A DNA stretch of 64,000 bases from Podarcis liolepis (taxonomy: Eukaryota), in NCBI GenBank assembly GCA_965112155.1, contig OZ218100.1; one strand, 5' to 3'. The first letter of the stretch is position 1, and the number at the start of each line of letters is the position of its first letter. Shown here piece by piece: positions 11,401 to 21,356 of this stretch. The notes under the pieces were generated by a model. That model did not search any database. It was not told where the DNA came from and worked only from the letters and a program-made list of their open reading frames with translations. The position numbers were made by a program, and so were the translations under genes.

Positions 11401-12153
11401 GCTTATACCAAGAACTAACTTAGTTGGTCTTTAAGGTGCTACAGGAAGGATTTTTTTTATTAAGAAAACCAAAGTCATGGTTTTCTCAAGAAACTACATA
11501 AGGCCCATAGATGGCGCATGGACAACCAGCTAATTGAACAGGTCAAAGTCCCTATCTGCCCGCGGACTGCCTTGCCAGAGTGGTGCATGCTCTGGTTGTC
11601 TCCCGCTTGGACTACTGCAATGCGCTCTACGTGGGGCTACCTTTGAAGGTGACCCGGAAACTACAACTAATCCAGAATGCAGCAGCCAGACTGGTGACTG
11701 GGAACGGCCGCCGAGACCATATAACACCGGTCTTGAAAGACCTACATTGGCTCCCAGTACGTTTCCGAGCACAATTCAAAGTGTTGGTGCTGACCTTTAA
11801 AGCCCTAAACGGCCTCGGTCCAGTATACCTGAAGGAGCGTCTCCACCTCCATCGTTCTACCTGGACACTGAGGTCCAGCACCAAGGGCCTTCTGGCGGTT
11901 CCCTCACTACGAGAAGCCAAGTTACAGGGAACCAGGCAGAGGGCCTTCTCGGTAGTGGCGCCCTTCCTGTGGAACACCCTCCCACCAGATGTCAAAGAGA
12001 ACAACAACTACCAGACTTTTAGAAGACATCTGAAGGCAGCCCTGTTTAGGGAAGCTTTTAATGTTTGATGTATCATTGTATTTTAATATTCTTTTGGAAG
12101 CTGCCCAGAGTGGCTGGGGAAACCCAGCCAGATGGGCGGGGTATAAATAATAA

Positions 12154-12197
<44 letters not shown>

Positions 12198-15100
12198 AAT
12201 ATCTTGGCCTTATTTTCCAATTTATGGGGTCATGGGGAGCACACCAGAAATGTGCAAAAGAAAAAGCATCCCAAAGTGCCGAAATTCTGACATGTTTTTT
12301 CTACACAAAAGGTGGTAAACATATACCATCGGTCCTGGAAGTGTTCCAAGCTAAACCCCTCACACAGTTATTATACAGGGCTCAGACTTGGACCTTGGAT
12401 CTACGGAAGCTGTCCAATCAAAGTTTTTAAGGCAATTTTTCTCTGTACCACCCTGTATCCCAAACGCCTAGAGCAGTGGTGGCCAAACTTGGCCCTCCAG
12501 CTGTTTTGGGACTACAATTCCCGACATCCCTGACCACTGGTCCTGTTAGCTAGGGGTGATGGAAGTTATAGCCCCAAAACAGCTGGAGGGCCAAGTTTGG
12601 ATACCACTGGCCTAGAGGCTAGTCTTCCCTCAGTAGAATTACGGATTTGGCGTAAAAGACATAACATAGGACCATCAGCAAACAAGATCCATGGAAGACA
12701 TTTTGAGAAACATTTTCACATGCTACCTTTCCAAACATTAGCTTGCGTAAGCAAATGTTACTTGTGGAAAATGAATTCAGATTTTACATAAAAGCCTTTA
12801 TCATTGTCTTATCAGAGATTTGTTACATGAATAAAATGTTCTGCTTTCTTCTTAATAGTTCCCTACGGCCTTTACTTTAATCATATCATTGAATGGAACA
12901 AGTATCTGGATGACAAAAATATTATGTTTATTACCTATGAGGAACTAAAAGAGGTAAATAACACTTTTTAAATTTTATTTTTAAATTTTTAAAGCATTTC
13001 TAATGGAGAGTGTGTGAAGGAAATTGAAACAGGATTTAAATCATGGTTTCTGCTCATCTCTACCCTCTTTAACTGGTAAACAGCTCATGAATGTTTTCTT
13101 TCAAAATACAACTTTTGGATTTGTTAAATCTTATTTTGACTGGATTTCTGTAAGTCACTGAGGACTATTTCTTCATAGACAGTTCCAAACAATTACAGCT
13201 TGCAAGGAAAGACACATCTGGAAACAATAATAAGGTCACATGTTTTTCTGTTACAAAACATATTGTTTAGTAGTCAAAGAACAACTGAGCAGGATTGAAG
13301 AAAGTTATGTGCTGGTTGCAACTCTTGTGTAGAATGCAGAACAAAAACAGGAACTGGCGATCTGGAAAAGTTTCATGAGGACACAATATTTTTCACTTGT
13401 GACACCTTGTTTTCTTTATCCAGAACACAACTTTGGGAATAAAAAAAATAGCTGAATTCTTTAATTTTTCTGTGACGGAACAAGATATTCAGTCCATTAT
13501 GGAGAAGACCAGTTTCAACAGCATGAAAGAAAAATCCAATGAAACCCATGGAAAAATGGGCAACACTCTTTTCCGTAAAGGTAACATTCTTATACAGGGG
13601 TCAGCAAACTTTTCCACCGGTGGGCCAGATCGCCTGCGCACAGGAAGCTGTGGCTGCATCCCGGACGTCAGTCCCCGTGTGGAGCTAAACAGTGCACTGC
13701 CCCGGTTTAGCTCCATGCAGGGACTGACTGAGTGGGCGGCAAGGGCCAGGGGCCAGTTTAATGACCCCCTTGGGCTGAATCCAACCCGCAGCCCATGGTT
13801 TGCCAATCCCTGTTCTAATATGTTAAATTACTATCATCAACAGTACATACCTTGCTTCTCTAGTACGTTTTCTTCCAGAAACATTGTGCAGAATGAGAAG
13901 TAAGCCTATAAGTGGAATGTTTTAAAGTAAATCTATAACTGTAGCACAGTCTTATGACTGGATTGTACCACTCTAGTATGTAGATCGGGATTGTATGTTT
14001 CAGTGAAGCTCTATTGAGGGAGAGAAACCACACCTCCGTAGTGCTTCAGTTACATCAGGTAGAAAGTAGCCTAGAATCTGTTGTTTTCATGAATATGCCA
14101 CAAACCTACCTTTCCTCTTGGATTTCAGGGCTCTGCTTACAGTTTTTCCACATGAATACATCCACATATTTAGTGAATGTTGGTTGTTCTGTTTTCATCA
14201 TTTACAGTATAAGCTGTTTAGATATTTTTATTACGTTAAGTGCTATAGCATTTTAATGATCATAACCATAATGATAACAATAATTTATTAAATTTGTACA
14301 CTGCCCTTCATCCATAGATTTACAATATAAAAAACACAAAATACATAATGAAAATAGGAATAAAAATAAGAATCCTCCCACCCACAACACATTTAAAAAG
14401 GCATTGGATGTCAATCAGCTCAAGGTCTGGTTTAAGTGGAAAGTTTTTGCCTGGCGCCTAAAGGTATACAATGAAAGTGCCAGCCAAACCTCCCTTTGGA
14501 GAGCCACTGCAGAAAAGGCCTGTTCTCGTGTTGCCACTCCACAGACTTTTCGTGGAGAGGGCACACGAAGATGGGCCTTAGATGATGAGTGCAGGGTCTG
14601 GGTCAGTTCATGTAAGGAGAGGTGGTTCTTGAGGTATTGCGGTCCTGAGCCAAACATATTTATCATAATATATTTTTGCCTCTGAAGGGCACCCTCTCAA
14701 CAAAACATTCATGGTGGATTGCAGTAAAACAACAACAACAACAAACCATCACTACCAACAACGAGGTGTCCATAAAACCATAATCAGTATGAAACAATCC
14801 CAGGCTGCAATTGTATTCATTCTTACCACTCAGTTTCATACCACTCAGTGCAACATTCTTTGGAGCTCTAAAATAAGTAAGCACATATTGCAAGATGGCA
14901 ACCCACAAAAGCTCACTGAAATGAAATATTCTACAGCCCTATACAGGCATTCACCCAAATGTGTGTGGGCTGAAAATCGGCAGGAGACAATGCAGTATCC
15001 CTGCCCAACTTCCTGATCACAGGGGATCCCAGTCCCAAGGAAGATGCTAAGTGTGTTTACCAAAACATATTAACAACCCCCCTTCAAACTTTCCCTGCTA

Positions 15101-15574
15101 CAGGTGGGGACACTAGGGACTTTGTTTTCCTGTGCACCCTTGTCCCCTCCCGACTTTTAGCCCGTGTGTGTGTGTCCCAGACAGCAGAAGAGGGCTTTTG
15201 CTGTAACAAGCAGCAAAGGGGCCAAGTGAACCTGACTTGGGGAGCTGCTTTACATTTTAGGCACCTGAAAAGGTCCAGTTTCGGGGGCCCATCTGGCGGT
15301 AGTTGTGGAGAATTAAAAGCAGGGGCTCATTTAAGATAACACTTCCATGTGTCTGATAAAGTGACTCCAGTTACCTGAAAGCTCATGGCACAATAAATCT
15401 CTCTCTCTTGTACTATAATCTTTATTATGTTTTACATTTGCAGGCATAGTAGGTGACTGGAAGAGTGTCTTCTCTGAGAGCCAGAATGAAGAAATGGATA
15501 GAAAATTTGAGGAGGCTGCAGGAAGAACTAAGCTTGGAAAGATGTTGAAGTACGACCTATATTGCAAGAGCTAA
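4216..15574 (+). CDS. SULT6B1: Cytosolic sulfotransferase, SULT6B1-like paralog 1 (7 coding exons, 313 aa)
   Basis: Exons 4216-4411, 7232-7377, 7884-7973, 8913-9039, 12859-12953, 13424-13580 and 15444-15574 join in frame (942 nt, TAA stop) with GT-AG introns. Motifs: YAKTGTHW (5'-PSB loop), IKTHL (catalytic His), RNPKDTAVSYFHF (3'-PB), YEELK, FRKGIVGDWK and the C-terminal LKYDLYC typical of SULT6B1. The symbol denotes family-level similarity; one-to-one orthology is not established. Confidence 0.93.
4648..4905. mobile_element. hAT-type MITE
   Basis: CAGGGGTCAGCAAAC...TTTGCCTACCCATG with perfect 8-bp TSD ATTTAAGA. Confidence 0.8.
5440..5484. repeat. (TA)n microsatellite
   Basis: Perfect dinucleotide run. 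Confidence 0.95.
5484..6080 (+). mobile_element. Solo LTR
   Basis: TGTAATAAA...TTTATTACA inverted termini (TG...CA); internal AATAAA at 5931. Confidence 0.6.
6248..6629 (-). mobile_element. Sauria SINE
   Basis: AAGGTAAAG tail, conserved core, tRNA-like head ending gcgtccc. Confidence 0.88.
6715..7066 (+). mobile_element. Sauria SINE
   Basis: acgcgggtggcactgtgagttaaaccacagagcc head to ccctttacctttac tail. Confidence 0.9.
7232..7377 (+). CDS. SULT6B1: SULT6B1-like gene 1, coding exon 2
   Basis: ttcag| GTHWVGQILKEL...YLEFGDPGKFE |gtcagt; 146 nt. Confidence 0.9.
7884..7973 (+). CDS. SULT6B1: SULT6B1-like gene 1, coding exon 3
   Basis: RLKKLPSRRVIKTHLIPQKIPKSIFQKKAK |gtaagt; 90 nt. Confidence 0.92.
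8913..9039 (+). CDS. SULT6B1: SULT6B1-like gene 1, coding exon 4
   Basis: ILVLFRNPKDTAVSYFHF...WDEFFSEFMNGI |gtatgt; 127 nt. Confidence 0.92.
9312..9470 (-). mobile_element. CR1 LINE 3' fragment
   Basis: aatcatagagctggaagg...aacctctgctttgaaacctccaaggaagga, similar to the 3' end of the CR1 at 21641. Confidence 0.7.
9590..9892. mobile_element. L2 3' tail nested with a small DNA-transposon MITE
   Basis: L2 tail (cccatctgactggg...gtggcttccaaca) followed by catacccttcaac...ttggagggtctg TIRs. Confidence 0.55.
10691..10932 (+). mobile_element. pogo/Tigger-like MITE
   Basis: TA-flanked CAGTGGTACCTC TIR family. Confidence 0.82.
11273..11461. mobile_element. Penelope-like element remnant forming a perfect 90-bp inverted repeat
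   Basis: Arms 11273-11362 and 11372-11461, 9-nt loop; 12-bp TSD AAGAAAACCAAA; single-arm copy at 48117-48209. Confidence 0.75.
11372..11409 (+). ncRNA. Minimal type I hammerhead ribozyme motif (Penelope-associated); mirror copy on the minus strand at 11325-11363
   Basis: tat-CTGAAGA-a-GTGTGC-at-GCACAC-GAAA-GC-TT-ata. Confidence 0.55.
11548..12195 (+). mobile_element. L2 LINE 3' fragment (ORF2 C-terminus plus tail)
   Basis: VHALVVSRLDYCNALY..LQLIQNAAARLV..HITPVLKDLHWLPV..FK; tail ctgcccagagtggctgggg...(TTA)n. Confidence 0.9.
12474..12609. mobile_element. Palindromic hAT-type MITE
   Basis: Near-perfect hairpin with gggactacaattccc core; perfect 8-bp TSD GCCTAGAG. Confidence 0.82.
12859..12953 (+). 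CDS. SULT6B1: SULT6B1-like gene 1, coding exon 5
   Basis: VPYGLYFNHIIEWNKYLDDKNIMFITYEELKE; 95 nt. Confidence 0.92.
13424..13580 (+). CDS. SULT6B1: SULT6B1-like gene 1, coding exon 6
   Basis: NTTLGIKKIAEFF...THGKMGNTLFRK; 157 nt. Confidence 0.92.
13595..13812. mobile_element. hAT-type MITE just downstream of the gene 1 exon 6 donor
   Basis: CAGGGGTCAGCAAAC...TTTGCCAATCCCTG; TSD ttcttata/ttctaata. Confidence 0.75.
14285..14650 (-). mobile_element. L2 LINE 3' fragment
   Basis: The minus-strand ORF reads GPQYLKNHL...LRVPS...REQAFSAVA...FRRQAKT. Confidence 0.75.
15444..15574 (+). CDS. SULT6B1: SULT6B1-like gene 1, coding exon 7
   Basis: GIVGDWKSVFSESQNEEMDRKF...LKYDLYCKS*; 131 nt. Confidence 0.92.
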
Positions 15575-15692
15575 GGAGGGCAATGGTGCTACAGTTGTCT
15601 CATGCCTTCTGTTTTGTCCATAAAGGAAGACATGTTTGGGTTGGTTTTGTTAAAGGGAAGTCTTTCTGGTATATGCCCCTCTCCATGCCCAT

Positions 15693-15698
15693 AATAAA
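15693..15698 (+). terminator. Candidate polyadenylation signal of gene 1
   Basis: AATAAA ~120 nt after the stop, followed by U-rich sequence. Confidence 0.55.
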
Positions 15699-15799
15699 AT
15701 GGATAAATTTTTCATAGTAAAATTTATTAAAATTTCTTTTTTCAAAGTGTGAACTATTTCCAACAGTTTTTATTATCTCTGAACTGAAACTGTACTTAC

Positions 15800-16800
15800 A
15801 GGACCAGGCATCAGGTTCCCATCCCCCAACTCATGCAAATAAGAGTCCAATGAGGCTGGTTTGGGGGGGGGGGTCAAAACAGGCCGCAACATTATTGAAT
15901 ACAAAGGCTTGGGCATGGGACAATCAAAATACTTCTGGCCCACTGGCCGGAAGTGAGGCGTGGTCAGTCCAGATGGGGGTTCCTAAGACTTACATCAAAT
16001 AGGGTTGTCGGAATTGGGGGTTGAAAAGCCAGCAGGCTCGGCCCCACCCAGAGCGTCTCCCCTCTCAGCCTTGCCGCTGTGGAGATCCATCAGTCATCCT
16101 CCTCTGACATGCGTTTGTGACTCAAGCTGCAGTGCATGCACAACAGATCAGGCTTGAGGCATGGATACAATACTAAGCTATGCATTTATTCTACATAAAT
16201 CAGGACACAGGAAAACATGGCCTCTCTCCTTGCCGTCTTCTCAGAGAGAGAAAAAAACAAAAGCAACGGGATACCCCAGCATTTGGAGGGGCAGGCAGAG
16301 ACTACAACCTCCCCTCCATCCAAAACAAAGGATTGACCCAATGCCCAAACTGGTTGTGACAATTGCTAGGAGGTAAGCAAAACCACCAGGTCGGTGCCAA
16401 TTAGCCCGGTGGGCAGATTCCTACCCGGCCCCATAAAGAACAGCGACCACCATAGCCACAGCAAAGTCATTGACTATCAGCTTAAACTGAGGGTGGGTGG
16501 GCAGGGAAGAAAACCCGGCGAAGGAACAAACAGGTAGTGCCCCAGGTGTGGGCTGCTTAAATGGGCAATGGGTGGATCTGAGGGAAGCCTACCTGCTCTG
16601 TCGGCTCTGCCCCCTGGCTCAGCCCAAGTCCCCAGCCTGCATCCCCATTCACCAAAGCCGGGTGCAGGCTAGGATCCAGTTCCTGATAGGCAGAGGGGGC
16701 TTAAGCCCCCACCGTCTACCAAGTAGGGCACCACTGTTTCAGTTCCCTCGTCGGGGCCCCTGTGAAGCCTCTGCCATCCTGTAACGCTGCCACACAAAGA
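15800..16800 (-). mobile_element. DIRS/Ngaro-like retroelement remnant
   Basis: GC-rich block; the minus strand has caataatgttgcggcc, resembling the aataaagttgtggcc terminus at 40029; no coding domain recognised. Confidence 0.35.
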
Positions 16801-16837
16801 GGGGTGAGCAGACTTGTGTGGTATCATTCACCTAATT

Positions 16838-16976
16838 CAGGCACCCCCAAACTCGACCCTCCAGTTGTTTTGGGACTACAATTCCCATCATCCCTGACCA
16901 TTGGTCCTGTTAGCTAGGGATGATGGGAGTTGTAGTCCCAAAACCTCTGGAGGGCCTCAAACATTTGGGATGCCTG
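16838..16976. mobile_element. Palindromic hAT-type MITE
   Basis: Same hairpin family as 12474; perfect TSD ACCTAATT. Confidence 0.82.
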
Positions 16977-18120
16977 ACCTAATTACTAGAACAGAAAGAA
17001 GAAAGACTTCCTAAGCTGGAAAATGTTTAAGAATTTTAATTTCCATTTTTAAATTTGGTATAATGATTTTGAAGACTACTTTTTTGAGCAGATTATGTTT
17101 TGCATATGACAAATTTAAAAGTTAAAAAATAGAGTGATAGATGTATCTGGACTGGAGACAGATATGAATAACTACTAGATTTCACATATTCAGAAATGGA
17201 GGTTCTATCGCTTTGTCCCAAAAGTCTTGGTGAAAGCAGTTTGCTGGAATCTGCACAGTACCTAACTGTGGGATGTATCATCACTGAAGCAGTCAAATGC
17301 AACATTTTCCTTTTGCCTAGAGTGGACACGCAGGGGAATGTGGCTCCAGTTCCTGTCATAGCTGCTCTGGAGTCTCCTCCCCTTGTGTGTGACAGGTAGA
17401 TGGGCGTTGACCTCCTCTTCTGGCTCTTCCTTACAGAGGACAGAAAGTCTGCAGCCCAGCTCAGACTTCTTTTCTCCACAAATGTAAATGTAAGCACAAG
17501 ATAAAGCCTACCTTTAGATTACTGCTGTGAACTGAATGTAAGTCAACTTTACTCTTACTTTTAAAGAAGACTGTTGTGTTGTTGTTGTTATTATTATTAT
17601 TATTATTATTATTTTAAAAGGGAAATAAAGGGGAAACTTACCAGGAACAAGCCAGACCAGACAAGCCAGACTACATTGCTTAATTTAAAGGATTCTAACA
17701 AATCATCAACTTGCTTCCAGCAATCTGCAATGGAATGTGCTCTGCTGTTTGCTCAAGTAGCGTGAGTGAGGAGGGATAATATTTAATCAATATATCCTCT
17801 CCTACCTTCCTCAACATTCTCACACTAAGATGTGGAGATGGCAAGAATCCAGGCTATTACACAAATTCATAGAGAATAAGGCTACTAGTCAAAATGACTA
17901 CCACTCTACCTCCACGGTCAGGGGCAGCATTTGAATCCCATTTGCAGGCAAACAAGAGCAGAAGAGGGCTGTTGCCTTCCTGTGGTTGCTGGTGGGCTTC
18001 CCATGGGGGCTTCAGAGGCTTCTGTGGGAAACCACACACCAGACTAGAGAGGCAAGAGCTCTTATGTTTCATAGGCCCTGGGGCGCCAAACGTCAAAGGG
18101 TGGGGTTTAAGTTCCGGGAA

Positions 18121-18240
18121 AACCAAGTTACAGCATTTAAAACAAAGTTTTTGTGTAAGGGTGTGGAACCAAAAGTTCATACCTTCCTAGTGTGTAAAAG
18201 TTTAAGCAAACCTCGTCAGATAAATAGATAGCTCTCTTGA
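18121..18240 (+). promoter_or_regulatory. Candidate enhancer module upstream of gene 2
   Basis: TTGTGTAA 18151, TGGAAC-n4-AGTTCA 18164-18179, TAAGCAAAC 18203; homologous to 1441-1545. Confidence 0.42.
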
Positions 18241-19398
18241 GACAGCAGCAGAAGTCACCACCTGATATGGAATAAAAGTCTTCAACTTCATATTACTCTT
18301 TGTGCTGTCTTATGGTTTATCTTCTTGTAAAACACTGCTAGAAAATAACACTCCAGTTGCTTGTACTCACAATACAATTTCACTAGTGTTCCTACTGCCC
18401 TGTAGAGAGAACAACTTGTTAGGTATTTTTGTTTCCCAGCAACTGCTTTTCTGAGGTATGCTGCCTCTCTTACAGGAGATAATGTATAGCCATGCCATGA
18501 CTGGTAGGGGGGGTATATATGGTAGAAGCTGATCTTTCAAGTAAACTGGTCCCAAGTCAGGTTAAAAGGATAATAAACATCCCCTTAAATTGGCCGAACA
18601 AAGCAGTAGTGCAATATGATCCAACTGCCCAGTTCCATTAGTCATTCTGCAGAATCTGGGCTGTCCTTAAAGCAACCTGCCATATACCATGTCACAATAG
18701 TCTGAATAGGAGGTGACAGTGACCAAGCTATCTCAATCCAGGTACGGTTGCTGCTGGCATTTCAGCTGAAGCTGATAGAAAGAAACCAAAGAGGTCCCTT
18801 TAACCACTAATGACAAAGCTGGGTCAGTAACTGACCCCAGGATGTGAACCTGATTCTTTAGATGGAATGCCAACCCTGTTCAGAACAGATTGATCTCCAT
18901 TCAGCTGGGTGTATGAATCACCCACCTACAGCACCGTCATCTTGCCTGGATTGAGTCTATTCACCTTCATTCAGCCCATTGCCACGCCCAAGCATTGATT
19001 CAGGACACCCACAGCCTCCCCTGCATCTGACGGAAAAGAGAGGGAAAGCTGAGTGTCACCCATATACTGGTGATATCTCCACCCACATCTCTAGATGACC
19101 TCTCCTGGGAGTTCCCTGTAGATCAGGGGTGGGGAACCTCAGGTCCACAGGCCAAATATGGCCCCGAAGCCTCTTTATCTGGCCCTTGGGACTCTCTCCA
19201 GGCCATATCCCTCCCCAGCTACATACTCCTCTCCTCAAACCACCCCCCTCACAGGCCTTGTTTCATATCCTTCATGAGGGTTTCTATCTGGCTGGACTCT
19301 GATAATGACTCTGGCTTGCCTGGATAAATGCTAAAGTGGGCTACGTGCAGGTGTATCTACTGTAGAAAGGTAAAAATTTGCATTCATTGCTCTGTCTA

Positions 19399-19623
19399 TA
19401 GTGGTAACTCGGTTAAGTACTTAATTCATTCCGGAGGTCTGTTCTTAACCTGAAACTGTTCTTAACCTGAAGCACCACTTTAGCTAATGGGGCCTCCTGC
19501 TGCTGCCGCACCGCCGGAGCACGATTTCTGTTCTCATCCTGAAGCAAAGTTCTTAACCCGAGGTACTATTTCTGGGTTAGTGGAGTCTGTAACCTGAAGC
19601 ATATGTAACCTGAGGTACCACTG
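19399..19623 (-). mobile_element. pogo/Tigger-like MITE
   Basis: Reverse-orientation copy of the 2674/10691 family. Confidence 0.8.
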
Positions 19624-20449
19624 TACTTTGGCCTCTCACTCTGCCCAGCACTGGCATGTGGCTCCTGTAATGTTGCAGGAACGTCACCCTTGAGCTGCAA
19701 AGGTTTCCCAACAGCAATGTCAACATTATGTAGCTCAAGAGAAAGAACAGAAATCTGTAGGGCCTCAAAGCACAATTGTAAAGGGGGTTGAGCAACAATC
19801 CCATCTTACTCAACTCACCCGCCAAATAGGAGTGGAACGACTGTCAAGTGCTGCCTCTCACAACCAGCTTGGAGAGCCTCTGCAGAGTGGTATAGTCAAT
19901 GGCTTAGAAACCCCTGAGAGGTCCAAAGGAAACAAACAAACAAACAAACAAACAAACAAACACACAAACACCCACCCACACACCTGCTTTGCCAGCAAAG
20001 GTTATCCCATAGGGCAAAAAGGCAGATTCTATCTCAAAACTAGGCTTATTGTCATTACTAAGGAGGCAGATTTGGTCTCTGGCTGATCATGGCTTCTCAA
20101 TGACTAACTGCAACTTTTCATTGTTTACCACACTTATACACAAATCTCTCTCCCCTGCTCACACACATAAGGACTGTTTTCCGAACTCCAAAACTAATTC
20201 TAATTCTGAAATGTGTGTTGGGAATGCAGGCAACATTTCAGTAGCTCCACTGCTGGGCACTATGCCTCTGAATACCAACAGCTGAGAATCGCAAGTGGGG
20301 CAAGTGGACTCATGTTCTGCTTGCAGGCTTCCCTTTGCTATCTGATTAGCCACTGTGAGAACCCGATGCCAGGTAAGATGAAATTTGAACTGATTCAGCA
20401 AAACCCTTCTTAATGCTGATGACTTCTGAAAGAATTGGCAGCCCAGATG

Positions 20450-20802
20450 CAGTGCCGGATTTACATATAAGCTAAACAAGCTATAGCTTAGGACCCCATT
20501 CTCTTGCCCCCCCCAAAAAAAAAATTAAAGGAAAAAAACCTGGATGTACCTTTCCAAAATATAAGATAAGAAACAAATAAAATAAAACCTACATACAGCA
20601 ACAGTGTTTTGTGTTGTGTAGGCTTCTATTTTGTTATGTGCAAATGGCTTTAGATACCAATTAGGTCCATAAATTACCATATAGCATATATTCAACACAA
20701 AAAACAGCAACAATTTGTTGTTGATAAAGGACAGCTGGACATGATAAAGGATCCCATTACCTTCAGTAGCTTAGGGCCTCATCAAACCTAAATCCGGCCC
20801 TG
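20450..20802. mobile_element. hAT-type non-autonomous element
   Basis: TIR CAGTGCCGGATTT/AAATCCGGCCCTG; TSD cccagatg/tccagatg; the paralogous site upstream of gene 3 (~29680) is empty. Confidence 0.75.
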
Positions 20803-21154
20803 TCCAGATGTCAAGTTAACTGGAGTTAACATAAGCTTACTAGATGTTTTTCAATGAATCCGGGGACACTTTTCAACTTCAATGGATTTTATATGGGGAC
20901 TGATTTGTAAATCCAGGGACTATCCCCAGGAAACGGGGACGTCTGCTAACTTTAAGTTAACATGCAATGGGAATGCAAAGGCTAGAGATGTTTTCTAGAC
21001 ATCTTCCAGCAATTTTGGTTAAACAATAACTTTACATTCTGAATGCCTCAGCAGATACAAATTGCAACTGTGGTAATCTATTAACTTTGTTCTGTTTGGG
21101 CAGAATACAGAAAATATTAGTTTTCTTGAAGTGCCCGTCCCATCAGACACAAAG

Positions 21155-21356
21155 ATGGCCATGAGAGGTAAACATGGGATTGAAGTTACAGACAACATGT
21201 TGGCTGATGGTGTCAATCTAGCTCCAGAAGATAAACTGTTAACCTATGATGGGATTTTGTATCCTGCTGTTGTTTGCAAGCTAGAAAATTTCCAAGCCCT
21301 TGAAACCTTTGATGCCAGAATGGATGATGTGATCCTGGTAGGATATCCTAAAACAG
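21155..21356 (+). CDS. SULT6B1: SULT6B1-like gene 2, coding exon 1
   Basis: [11 protein letters not shown]...[16 protein letters not shown]; donor G|GTGAGT. Confidence 0.88.

Larger units (their letters stand above)
11240..12660 (+). mobile_element. Old non-LTR retrotransposon RT fragment split by three younger insertions
   Basis: Reading across the insertions (with a frameshift) gives EQLAVNYKKTK|VMVFSR..HRWRMDNQLIEQVK|FKYLGLIF...SW..H...KA...FFYTKGG...QLLY, an RT C-terminal signature. Confidence 0.65.

Noticed and set aside
11580-12068. 162-aa ORF as a gene
   Set aside because: L2 LINE ORF2 C-terminal fragment.
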